DNA of 63,243 nucleotides, counting the filler, from Sanchytrium tribonematis (Eukaryota), in NCBI GenBank assembly GCA_018985235.1. It is 9 parts of 9 records of this genome, joined end to end, with 100 filler letters (N's around TTAATTAATTAA, not from the genome) between each part and the next. Parts side by side here need not be neighbours in the genome. Positions count along the whole stretch, not along the records: positions 25,500 to 30,164 come from JADGIG010000694.1; positions 30,265 to 34,923 come from JADGIG010000695.1; positions 35,024 to 39,679 come from JADGIG010000696.1; 6 more parts are not named here. The stretch is one strand, 5' to 3'. Each line of letters begins with the position of its first letter. The stretch's first letter is position 1. The notes beneath the pieces are model-generated. The model was not told the origin of the DNA. It made no database searches and saw only the letters and a program-made list of their open reading frames with translations. Shown here one piece after another: positions 25,710-35,214 of the stretch. A program made the translations under genes and the position numbers.

Positions 25710-27971
25710 TTATTCAGTATATAGTTGTTTCTCACTAATTTGGAATTTTTTTCTTATAATTGTTTTCATATTAGGATGCTTTTTCTCCACTTCAGAAATT
25801 AGAGATTGCCACTTTTCTATTTTATTTGAGAGGCCCAATGTCATATAGCGCGGCGTACTTTTCAATTTGAAATAATTGGAATTATAATTAGCAAATAGCG
25901 TAGTAAATAAAACTGTGGAAATTTGCTGTCCATGAAAATCACTAATTTCAGTGACTTCATTCCATTCAAGAAGCAAATCTCCAGTGAGCATTTCCAACAT
26001 CAATATACCCACGTTATACTCATCTGCATATTTCCCATAATCTTCAATAGATTCGTAAGTGCGAGGCAATAAATGAAATTGTTTCCATGGTTCATCAAAT
26101 TTTTGTGAAATACCCTGGCCATGTTGAAAAAAATATATATGTGATGGGCTTCTATAATGTTTTTCACCCAAATAAAGTTTTGAGTCATGATTGTCGTGGA
26201 ATTTCGACCATTCCATGGATTTCGTTTTATAGGAAGTTATTGTCTCTGCATGATTGAAATTCACAATCAATGGCTCCTCCTTATTAACTATCATGACATT
26301 TTCTGAGCTGATGTCAAGAACAAATATCTGTTTTCCATGGATAAATTGGAGTGCTTCGTCTAGTTTTTGACAAAATGTGATTGTTTTTACTTGTTCAAGC
26401 TTTATGTTACTCCGCAAATAATCTTGAATGCTTTCCACTTCATTTTTAAATGTGAATGGAAGTGAAATTAAAAGGGCCATTGCAATTGAAATGTCATTTT
26501 CTCTTTTCAGGTAAAATTTATGATCAGGATAATTCAAAGCTGAATAAATGCTTAATTCAACTTCTGAATATTTCATTTTGATAATATTTAAAGTGTGATT
26601 AAATAGATTTGATCCTAAAATTAATAATTCTGTATTTATAATTTTGATAATGTGAAGTGATTTAAAATTGATAACTTCACAAATGGTAATGTCCTCGGGC
26701 TCTTTAATGGAGCCATCTAAAGCTCGTTTCAACCCACAATAATCATTAGATGTCTCTATAGCAACATCAGATTTCATTTTAGCAATTTCAGATGAAGGTG
26801 CGCTAGGATTATCCAAGTCATCTAATATTTTTGAATGATGGTGATCAGTATTGATTGGATTTGCTTCACAAACGGGATACTCGTGTGCAATTAAAATTGT
26901 TTCATTTTCATGTTGAATATTCTCAACCGGTTCTACGTTTGCAGCTTCTTCGTTGGGATCATGTGGGCCATCCTCATTTGCCTCAATATCTCTCGCAAGT
27001 TCTTTCATTGTCAATGTTTTAAAATCATAAATGGACATGTTATACTGAATTTTGTCCGGATCAAAGTATTCGTTTATATGACAATGATCTGTATAGGTCA
27101 ACCATCCATATTCCTTATCATTTGTTATATAACAATTTAAAAGAAATGGGCACGTCACTTTGCACTGTTCAAATTCACATTGGTGCTTTTCAATGTGTCT
27201 TGAAATTTCATTGATTGCCATGCGCAATACAAATTGAATATTGCCATCTTTTATAAAAAAGAAACCACCATCACAATTTGTCCTACAGCTCTTGATTACT
27301 TGCTGAAAAGGATTTCTTTCTTTAAAAATGACCTTTTTAATTTTAATTGAATCCTTTCGATCATCTGTGCTTTTCCAAATTACCCTAAATGACTTTGTTA
27401 GTCTACTAATAATGGTGTTGTGACTCATATGCTGATTAATATATGAATCAGTTGAAGTTGAAATTTTGAAAATATACCGATTTGCCGATATTTTAATGGG
27501 TTGTTGGTCCAATTTATAATTTAGCAAAATTTTAGTGATGGCAGGATGATTGTGAGTATTCAATTGGGGAAATGCAGAAGCCAAATTTTGATTTAAAATC
27601 TGGCTAGATTTTAGTGTGGGATCATCTAATTTTAATAGCATTTGCTTTATCAAAGCATCAATATATTCAGGCTTTTTGGATATATCCAACATCGACGCCG
27701 TGATAATTTGACGTGATGGATGCAATAATGATAATTGAGTAATTGGATTGTAATATTCAATGTTTTCAGAATTTCCATGAATAACGTCGAATACTTCTCT
27801 TGCTATCTTTTCGCATGATAATGCGTCACATTCATATTTTGGTTTTGGTTCAATTCGTAACATGTGTGGAGGGGTCCAATGGGGGTCCATTAACTTTTCA
27901 ATATATTGTTCAGAATATATTTGTGATTTGTTTAATAACGCAAGTTTGATGGTTAGCAAATTAAACAGCAA
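25710..27971 (-). CDS. Divergent protein kinase-like (probable pseudokinase) with unknown N-terminal region; first ATG at 27890
   Basis: LQFIHGKQIFVLDISSENVM (HRD loop), NFN in place of DFG, GEKHYRSP, ADEYNVGILMLEMLTG. Confidence 0.7.
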   Translation of the reverse strand: MLFNLLTIKLALLNKSQIYSEQYIEKLMDPHWTPPHMLRIEPKPKYECDALSCEKIAREVFDVIHGNSENIEYYNPITQLSLLHPSRQIITASMLDISKKPEYIDALIKQMLLKLDDPTLKSSQILNQNLASAFPQLNTHNHPAITKILLNYKLDQQPIKISANRYIFKISTSTDSYINQHMSHNTIISRLTKSFRVIWKSTDDRKDSIKIKKVIFKERNPFQQVIKSCRTNCDGGFFFIKDGNIQFVLRMAINEISRHIEKHQCEFEQCKVTCPFLLNCYITNDKEYGWLTYTDHCHINEYFDPDKIQYNMSIYDFKTLTMKELARDIEANEDGPHDPNEEAANVEPVENIQHENETILIAHEYPVCEANPINTDHHHSKILDDLDNPSAPSSEIAKMKSDVAIETSNDYCGLKRALDGSIKEPEDITICEVINFKSLHIIKIINTELLILGSNLFNHTLNIIKMKYSEVELSIYSALNYPDHKFYLKRENDISIAMALLISLPFTFKNEVESIQDYLRSNIKLEQVKTITFCQKLDEALQFIHGKQIFVLDISSENVMIVNKEEPLIVNFNHAETITSYKTKSMEWSKFHDNHDSKLYLGEKHYRSPSHIYFFQHGQGISQKFDEPWKQFHLLPRTYESIEDYGKYADEYNVGILMLEMLTGDLLLEWNEVTEISDFHGQQISTVLFTTLFANYNSNYFKLKSTPRYMTLGLSNKIEKWQSLISEVEKKHPNMKTIIRKKFQISEKQLYTE

Positions 27972-28054
27972 GTTGAGTTGCTTTATTAGGTATTATTGAT
28001 GGCTTTTTAGAGAATATATTGATGATGTAATTATTAAGGGTGAAGTCCTAAAAC

Positions 28055-29935
28055 ATGATTTCATTGTCCGATTTTGTAAGAAGATCACTATCTCAAATCA
28101 AAATAATTAAACACACCGATAACAATAGAAGAGAATATCGCATTTTTCATGGTTTGAGTGTCCCAACAGAAAATTGGCAGGGAGATAAATTTGCTTACTT
28201 GAACTATTTAAGCTGGTGTGTGGCTACTGAATTATATGAAGAAGCTTTGGAAATTGTTAATGAATGTACGTCAAGATGGATGAATGTATTAGACATACAA
28301 ATTAACGAAAATACCGGAATTTGTTTATTTGATATTTATCCATCAAGAAATGACTTTACAAGTCATAAATTTATAATCTATCAAATGGGAGACTGTTTTG
28401 GAATTGCATTTTCCGATAGGGATGTTCCTTTTGAGGCGGAGTTGCTTTCAGACGATCAAACAATTCAATACTGTGAGATCAATGAAAAATTTGGAATAAT
28501 CACGTACTTGAGACAATTCAAAGTTTTATTTGATCTATATACAGATTCTACAGAAGTTTTGCTCAATTTTTTTCAGCCATGGTCTGGGATTAAAATAAGG
28601 AATATTAATCATAAAAACGAACACTTAAATCGAGAATGGGGTCCCTCTTCATTCCTCAAAACTTTTAATGAAATGCAAAAGCGCGTTATTTATGATGCAT
28701 TTATGTTAGAAACTGGCATTCTAGGTGTACAGGGCCCACCTGGAACTGGTAAAACCCATACAATTACTGGTATTGTTTGGGAGTTACTGTTTAATTTCCC
28801 AGAAAGGCGAATTCTTATTTGTGCACAATCAAATTACGCCGCAACTAATTGCTTCGATAAGATAAATTGTTTAAATTGGAAGCAATTTGTTGATTGTAGA
28901 GGTTCAAAGCATAATTTTGAATACATTTCTCCATTTAGGGCAGGTTCAGAAACACGTAATTCGAATCAAATTAAAACAGATGCTGATCAGCATTGGGAAT
29001 TCAGAAAGCAAAGATTCAATTTAAAGGCGAATATTAGAAAAAAGCATTATTTGCAGAACATGAAAATTATCGTGACTACAACAAGTTCTTCTGCTAGATC
29101 TGAATTGGGAAGTCTGGCATTTGATTATCTAATAATAGATGAGGCAGCTCAAATCAATGAGGTGGAGACTCTTCTTGCCATTTATCATGCAAAAGCCAAA
29201 AGGATATATTTAGTAGGAGATCAGTTACAATTAGGACCACTTGTGAGATCAGAAATGGCTAAAAGGCAGAATTTTGATCGAAGCATGTTTGAAAGACTGT
29301 ATAACGATAATCTGATAAAAACATATTTACTGACTAAGCAATATCGAATGCATCCAGAAATTTGTAGATATATTTCTAAAGCATTCTATAGAGGACACCT
29401 AGAGATTGGCGAAAATGTAAAAAATATGCCGAATAGTTTATTTGAAATTGACGAATTTGAGCATTTTATGTTTATCGATGTAGATGGCACGAGTGACATT
29501 AATACAGATTTGATGTCATACTTTAATTATGGTGAAGCAGCAAAAGTCATCGAAATGACAAACAGAATTTTGTCTACCGGAAGAGTAGATTTAAAAGATA
29601 TTGTTGTAATCACCCCATATTCTGGCCAAAAAGATTTAATTGTGGGTTTAGTCAAAAGCACCAAAAATGAGAAATTAAGAGTTGAGACTGTAGATTCTAT
29701 GCAAGGAAAAGAGAGTAGAATTGTGTTATTAAGTACAGTTAAAAGCGATTCAGAACGCTTGGGTTTTATTAAAGAAAACCAAAAACGTCAAAATGTGGCT
29801 TTAAGTAGAGCCAAAGAATATTTGTTTATATTCGGAAACTTAAAAGCGTTTGAAAATGAAGACATCTGGAGAAAAATGTTTAATTATCTTAGTCGCGAGG
29901 GAAATATCAGCTTCAAAGAGATAAAATTTAAATAA
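28055..29935 (+). CDS. Upf1/Sen1/DNA2-like SF1 helicase (AAA_11/AAA_12)
   Basis: QGPPGTGKT, CAQSNYA, IIDEAAQ, LVGDQLQLGP, QYRMHPEI, ITPYSGQ, TVDSMQGKE, NVALSRAK all intact; no Upf1 CH domain. Confidence 0.93.
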   Translation: MISLSDFVRRSLSQIKIIKHTDNNRREYRIFHGLSVPTENWQGDKFAYLNYLSWCVATELYEEALEIVNECTSRWMNVLDIQINENTGICLFDIYPSRNDFTSHKFIIYQMGDCFGIAFSDRDVPFEAELLSDDQTIQYCEINEKFGIITYLRQFKVLFDLYTDSTEVLLNFFQPWSGIKIRNINHKNEHLNREWGPSSFLKTFNEMQKRVIYDAFMLETGILGVQGPPGTGKTHTITGIVWELLFNFPERRILICAQSNYAATNCFDKINCLNWKQFVDCRGSKHNFEYISPFRAGSETRNSNQIKTDADQHWEFRKQRFNLKANIRKKHYLQNMKIIVTTTSSSARSELGSLAFDYLIIDEAAQINEVETLLAIYHAKAKRIYLVGDQLQLGPLVRSEMAKRQNFDRSMFERLYNDNLIKTYLLTKQYRMHPEICRYISKAFYRGHLEIGENVKNMPNSLFEIDEFEHFMFIDVDGTSDINTDLMSYFNYGEAAKVIEMTNRILSTGRVDLKDIVVITPYSGQKDLIVGLVKSTKNEKLRVETVDSMQGKESRIVLLSTVKSDSERLGFIKENQKRQNVALSRAKEYLFIFGNLKAFENEDIWRKMFNYLSREGNISFKEIKFK

Positions 29936-29955
29936 AAATCATGCATTCTGTAAAG

Positions 29956-30091
29956 CCAGAAAAGAGAAATAGCTGCCAGTAACTGCTAGTCATATGCATA
30001 ACAAATGTCAATAAATCAGATCATCTGTTTAGATCATCTGTTTGATTCAAATCCATAGATTCAATATTCCATACAATTTGTGACATTAATT
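29956..30091 (-). repeat. Inverted repeat arm (right) of the kinase/helicase cassette
   Basis: Matches 25500..25623 in reverse complement; contains AGATCATCTGTTT twice (30018..30043). Confidence 0.92.
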
Positions 30092-30264
30092 GAAAATAAA
30101 ATAGCCCATTGACCACAAAATAAATAGAATCAGTGATATTTATTTATAATTGAGTCATTTGTCGNNNNNNNNNNNNNNNNNNNNNNNNNNNNNNNNNNNN
30201 NNNNNNNNTTAATTAATTAANNNNNNNNNNNNNNNNNNNNNNNNNNNNNNNNNNNNNNNNNNNN

Positions 30265-30602
30265 ATACTTTCGCAAAAAATGACTACAATGCTATTTTAG
30301 AACCAATTTACACATTGAGATCAATCTGGAAGTCATTTTATATTTGGGATGGCGGAATGTATAGTTTTGTGGATGGCGGTTGTCATACTACATTGTTTTC
30401 CGTAAATTTTGGATTGATATTTATTTATATTTTTTACTTGGTCATTTTTGTGTTGATATTTCATTTGCCTTATACCAAAATTTATCGTAATGCTGTTACG
30501 AAAATTAAATGGATCCATCATGCGATTCAAAGAAGACGATCTCATGCTTCCACAACAAACTTGCCTGAAGGCCAGCCAATTCTAGATACTGAAAAACAAT
30601 AA
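30265..30602 (+). CDS. C-terminal fragment of a membrane protein of unknown function
   Basis: Open frame from the contig start, one TM helix, ends CAA-TAA-A. Confidence 0.5.
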
Positions 30603-30611
30603 ATAATTTTT

Positions 30612-31022
30612 ATGACAAATAAACTCATTCTTGACACAAGTGAGATAACAGCCATCAAAGACCTGTGTAATTCCGTTAGACAAGAAATTAAACTAAAGAA
30701 AAGAGTTGACATGCAAAAGTCTCTTGAGAAATTAAAACAATCGTTGGAACTTCAAAATCTACCTAAAATTATGCTTGTGGAACAAGATACTTTACTATGG
30801 GACAAGAAGATTGCTGATTATACAAAGGAATTGAATGGAGAAGAAATACCGACCCTGGAAGAAATTAGATCCTTGGAAAAAGAATTGCATTTAAAACAAG
30901 AAAAGCTGAAAAAGCTGGAGATTTCTGAAATGCTTCCTTTGGACAAAGATCTTATAAATTTAAAAATCAAAGAAAAAGTCACGGAATTGGAATTACTTCG
31001 GCAAAATAATAAAGAAAATTAA
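30612..31022 (+). CDS. Short coiled-coil protein, HAUS1 (augmin)-like
   Basis: C-terminal LPLDKDLINLKIKEKVTELELL resembles the HAUS1 C-terminal motif. Confidence 0.45.
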   Translation: MTNKLILDTSEITAIKDLCNSVRQEIKLKKRVDMQKSLEKLKQSLELQNLPKIMLVEQDTLLWDKKIADYTKELNGEEIPTLEEIRSLEKELHLKQEKLKKLEISEMLPLDKDLINLKIKEKVTELELLRQNNKEN

Positions 31023-31030
31023 GATGAAAT

Positions 31031-32384
31031 TTAATCGCCTTTAGTATGAATACCAGTATTATCATACGAAAAACCGTAAAAGTCATCTTCTGGAGAAGAA
31101 GGAATTGAGACAAAGCATCCTGAGTCTTTTCTGATGACATCATCTACTCGTTCTTCTAGAGCTTCAGGATCCAGGTACATTGTATCATAATCGCTTGACT
31201 AAATGAATTCATAATACGACATTAGGAGTAAAAGTTGGTTGGTATTCTTTTCTTAGCAATTTTTTCCAGTCAAGACCTTGAAAATATTTGTGGTTCTTTA
31301 CTTCTTGAGCACCTTTATAACCCAATCTGTTTTTGGGATTTCTCTGTAATAATCTGGAAATGAAGTCAATTGTATTAGGATTAAATGATAAAGGAAAATT
31401 GACTTTACACTTTAAAATATTATTATAAATCTGTTCCGATTTGGTGGAATAAAAGGGAGGGACACCGACCAGCATCTCGTAAGTGACATTCCCTAGGCAC
31501 CAAAAATCGACAGTTGCGTCATAATTTTGTCGTAGTAAAATCTCAGGGCATAAATATTCGACAGTACCACAAAAGCTCTTGGCATTTAAGTCATCCAGAT
31601 GACAGCTTTTAGCCAATCCAAAATCGCATAAAACAATGTGACCATCAGGTCCAAGTAGTAAATTTTCAGGCTTTAAGTCACGGTATAAAAACCCTTTTTT
31701 GTGTAAATAATCCAAAGCCGAGGTGATTTCGGCACAATATAATTTAGCTCTGCCTTCTGAAAATCGTCTTTCTCGCTGTAAATGATAATATAATTCTCCT
31801 CCATTTATAAAATCCATACAGAAAAAGAGATGAGATGCGGTTTGAAATGTGCACTTTAAATTGATCAGAAATGGATGACTCAGATGACACATTATATTCC
31901 TCTCATCCATTACATGTTTGATTTCATTTTTTTCGATAAGTAGATCTTTCTTCAAAACTTTGATTGCAACAGAAGCGTTTGTTTCTTTATCAATTGCATG
32001 TAATACTCGCCCAAAAGTACCTCTTCCTACTACTCTTATCAATTTGTATTGATCGAGGGATTTAGTACGTGGCCTTCCAGTAAACTCCATTTGTAAGCCA
32101 AGATGAGTGTCTAAAAATGCACTCAAAATGGAACTGCTCTTTAAACATGGGTGATTTTCAACGACTCGTATCCAATCTTCCAACAATTCGAGCCTCTTCT
32201 TCATATTAGCGTCCGTTTTGATCCATATCTTTTTAGGAAATATTGGTAGCTTAACGAAAGGATATTTTTCGAGTAGCAGGTCATTGAATTGATGAAATTG
32301 ATTGTATCTTCTCTTAATAGGACCTTCCTTAGTCTGAAGAACATAGTAAGTCGTATTTGTTTGAAAATCGTAAATCGACTGCAT
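31031..32384 (-). CDS. PX-domain AGC kinase, SGK3/CISK-like (join 32384..31218, 31198..31031)
   Basis: PX RRYNQF..LPIFPKK; GRGTFG, YRDLKPEN, SFCGTVEY; last exon supplies the hydrophobic motif FYGFSY. Confidence 0.88.
31199..31217 (-). other. 19-nt spliceosomal intron
   Basis: GTATTATGAATTCATTTAG (minus strand); gives PTFTPNVSSDYDTMYLDPE. Confidence 0.93.
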
Positions 32385-32707
32385 TTTACTCCAATGTCTG
32401 ACACTGGCCAAATTATTTTCAGGAAATTTAACGTTATGGCGATTGTGTAAATCGTTCCACACGATTATTATATGCCACCAGAGTGTTTAAAAAGAAAAAC
32501 AAGTGACGAATTGATCAAAAGTCAGGTCAAAAATTAATAATTTAATAAGGTGTGCCTCTATTGGGTGATGCTTATGGAAAGCCCACAAACGACCTTTTAT
32601 AGAGTAATTCTCTGACAGTTGTTTTGATAATCGCAGTAAGATGCAACTACTTCGAACACTGTTGTCTTCCTAAGGGATTCAGAACAAAATTCCGAGTGAT
32701 ACAAAAA

Positions 32708-32720
32708 CACGTGCAAATTC
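32708..32720 (+). promoter_or_regulatory. Candidate ribosomal-protein promoter element CACGTGCAAATTC
   Basis: E-box starts 44 nt before the RPS23 ATG; same motif and spacing upstream of RPL20. Confidence 0.5.
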
Positions 32721-32751
32721 CCTCCTCATTTTTGCCGAAAATGATTTTAAA

Positions 32752-33183
32752 ATGGGAAAAGCCAGCGGAATCAACGCAGCAAGAAAATTAAAAACACTTA
32801 GAAGAGTAAACAAATGGAGCGATAAAGCATATAAAAAAAGAGCTCTTGGCACTGCGTTTAAATCAAGTCCTTTTCAAGGTGCATCGCATTCTAAAGGAAT
32901 TGTTCTTGAAAAAGTTGGTGTAGAAGCAAAACAACCAAATTCTGCTATCAGAAAATGTGTCAGAGTACAATTGATTAAAAACGGAAAGAAAATTACTGCT
33001 TTTGTCCCTCAAGATGGTTGTTTAAACTTTATCGAAGAAAATGACGAAGTCTTAGTTGCTGGATTCGGTAGAAAAGGTAGAGCTGTTGGAGATATTCCGG
33101 GTGTTAGATTTAAGGTTGTTAAGGTTTCTGGAGTTTCGCTTCTTGCTTTGGCAAAAGGAAAGAAAGAAAAGCCACGTTCTTAA
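32752..33183 (+). CDS. RPS23: 40S ribosomal protein uS12 (S23)
   Basis: [36 protein letters not shown]; intronless. Confidence 0.99.
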   Translation: MGKASGINAARKLKTLRRVNKWSDKAYKKRALGTAFKSSPFQGASHSKGIVLEKVGVEAKQPNSAIRKCVRVQLIKNGKKITAFVPQDGCLNFIEENDEVLVAGFGRKGRAVGDIPGVRFKVVKVSGVSLLALAKGKKEKPRS

Positions 33184-33226
33184 TAAAGATACTCTTATAA
33201 TATTGTATCAACATTTATTTACAATT

Positions 33227-34384
33227 TTAGCACTCGCTTTCTCTAATTTTTTTATATTGAATAGCTTCGGAAGAAAAAAATTTAATGTAAAATTTTCTAA
33301 CGAACAGCCCAAAAATGGCAATACCCATAACAAATAGTATAATCATACTTGACCCTGATAGCTGATGAGTCCTTTTTGATTCAGGATATCCAAAATACGC
33401 CCATTCGCCATTTTCAGCTGTACAAGATTTGGAAGGCAATTCCATTAGGTCTCTCAAATATATTTGGATTTTAAAAACATTTTTGTCGTCAATCCCGCCA
33501 CTTAATAATATCACGTCATCTAGACTGTCTGTATGCAACTCATTTTTACCTTGTATTGTTATTCCGTCAAAATAAATCAGCTTGTTATATTCTATTCCAA
33601 AATCAATTGTATTTCTAGTGATTCGTTTTAATTCAAATGGGGCTTCAGCTTGAAAAAAAGCGAGGTGTGAAAGATACTTTGAAGAATCTTCAATCGGTCT
33701 ATTATTAAAAGCTACCATGTACTCTGGTTGATTGTCCTGTATAATCTTAATCGCATTTGAAGAGAAATGAACCTCGTCCTCTGGATGAAAACAATTGTAT
33801 TGTCTCTTAATTCTAGCGTTAAATGTTGAATTGGAAATATCTCCTAATATGTAAGGATTCATTTTGTAAAGAACAATTAGATCTGTTCCATTATCAATAA
33901 ACACCCAATTCTTTTCGACTTTTGGAGAAGCTCCAAAAACGTTTGTCTGTAGAAAAGTTTTAGATTTAGATTTAGCATAATTCTGAGAAAGAGCGTCTTT
34001 CAATTTAATTATCTCAATACCCCGCATTGGAAATTGAGGAAGTGGATTTGTCATTGAATAATAAAGAAATATGTCATCTTTGAACTCAAATATTCGAGCT
34101 TCTTCGGGGCCAATAAAGTTTTTCCATTGTCCATCTCTAGTATTATTAGTGTCCCAGCCCATAAATTCCTGACTCATCTCACTAGAGTAAGTTTGTGAAA
34201 ACGACCTGGTCAGAAATTTAACAACGCTTCTTCTCTTATTGTTTTCAACACAAGTGCATCTTAAGATTAAAAGTTCTTCTTGATTCAATTTATAAACGAC
34301 CCCATTGAACAGGACTTCGCATTCGTCGATTCCATCATAATTAGAAAAATCGTAAACCTGAACCGCATAAGAATCAGGCGACAT
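33227..34384 (-). CDS. Putative GT91/Bmt-like propeller protein with C-terminal TM; paralog of 23455..24753
   Basis: GPEEARIF, EKNW; shares YYSMTNPL..FPMRGI, FLQTNVFG and SGGIDD with the paralog. Confidence 0.5.
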   Translation of the reverse strand: MSPDSYAVQVYDFSNYDGIDECEVLFNGVVYKLNQEELLILRCTCVENNKRRSVVKFLTRSFSQTYSSEMSQEFMGWDTNNTRDGQWKNFIGPEEARIFEFKDDIFLYYSMTNPLPQFPMRGIEIIKLKDALSQNYAKSKSKTFLQTNVFGASPKVEKNWVFIDNGTDLIVLYKMNPYILGDISNSTFNARIKRQYNCFHPEDEVHFSSNAIKIIQDNQPEYMVAFNNRPIEDSSKYLSHLAFFQAEAPFELKRITRNTIDFGIEYNKLIYFDGITIQGKNELHTDSLDDVILLSGGIDDKNVFKIQIYLRDLMELPSKSCTAENGEWAYFGYPESKRTHQLSGSSMIILFVMGIAIFGLFVRKFYIKFFSSEAIQYKKIRESEC

Positions 34385-34610
34385 CTATAGAGATCTCATT
34401 GAAGCTATATATATGTATAAAAAGCACGTTTAGTCACGTAATATACGGTTGATTCGCCGGAGAATATAGCCTACTGAACAAATTTAAAAATAGTATTTCT
34501 TTAGCTCGTTAAAATATGAATTATTTGATTACAAGGTAATCCTAGTTACGATTGTAAAACTCTTTCAATTAGTGCTTCAAATTTAACGAGACTCTAAGAA
34601 ATATTTTCGC

Positions 34611-34923
34611 ATGAATGAATCATTTTTTGATAAATTGAGTAATAGACGATCGGCGACTAATGCGCCAGTGTTGGCGTTCAGATTTCCAAAAATTCGACAA
34701 TTTCAGTCTGTTTCAGATATGATGTTCTTCCATTTGGTTTTGACATTATTGGCAAATCGAAAGAGAGGTCCCGCCAAGTTGGCATTCATCGGTGATTCTG
34801 GAGTGACAGATGATTCTTACAAGGTTTTAAAGATGATAAATGAATGGGATGCGGATGCTATTTTACACGTTGGTGATTTTGATTATATCGACGATCCTTC
34901 TGCATTCTTTCAAATGATTCAAA
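34611..34923 (+). CDS. Calcineurin-like metallophosphoesterase, N-terminal fragment (likely start 34719)
   Basis: AFIGDSG and LHVGDFDY metal-binding motifs; truncated by spacer. Confidence 0.7.
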
Positions 34924-35023
34924 NNNNNNNNNNNNNNNNNNNNNNNNNNNNNNNNNNNNNNNNNNNNTTAATTAATTAANNNNNNNNNNNNNNNNNNNNN
35001 NNNNNNNNNNNNNNNNNNNNNNN

Positions 35024-35173
35024 TGACTCAAGATGAACAGGCGTTATGTGTACCTTTCTTTTAGTTGCAACAACAGGACTTTTAGTAGGAGAAGAATCCA
35101 GCCTAATTCTCTTGTTGGACAAATCGTTTTGTGATTGTTGCCTCAAATCAACAAATTGAAATTTTCTTTTCAT
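35024..35173 (-). CDS. N-terminal fragment of an unknown basic protein
   Basis: ATG-initiated open frame running off the contig end. Confidence 0.4.
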
Positions 35174-35214
35174 GTCTTGTAGATAATTGAATTTGGAACA
35201 AGGGATTTGGAAAA

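Noticed and set aside
32500..32700. Relatively GC-rich intergenic stretch possibly encoding an snRNA or RNase P/MRP RNA
   Set aside because: Only partial resemblance (ACCTTTTAT, GGAAAGCCC) without the full conserved boxes; needs an Infernal/Rfam search. The same applies to 57880-58120.
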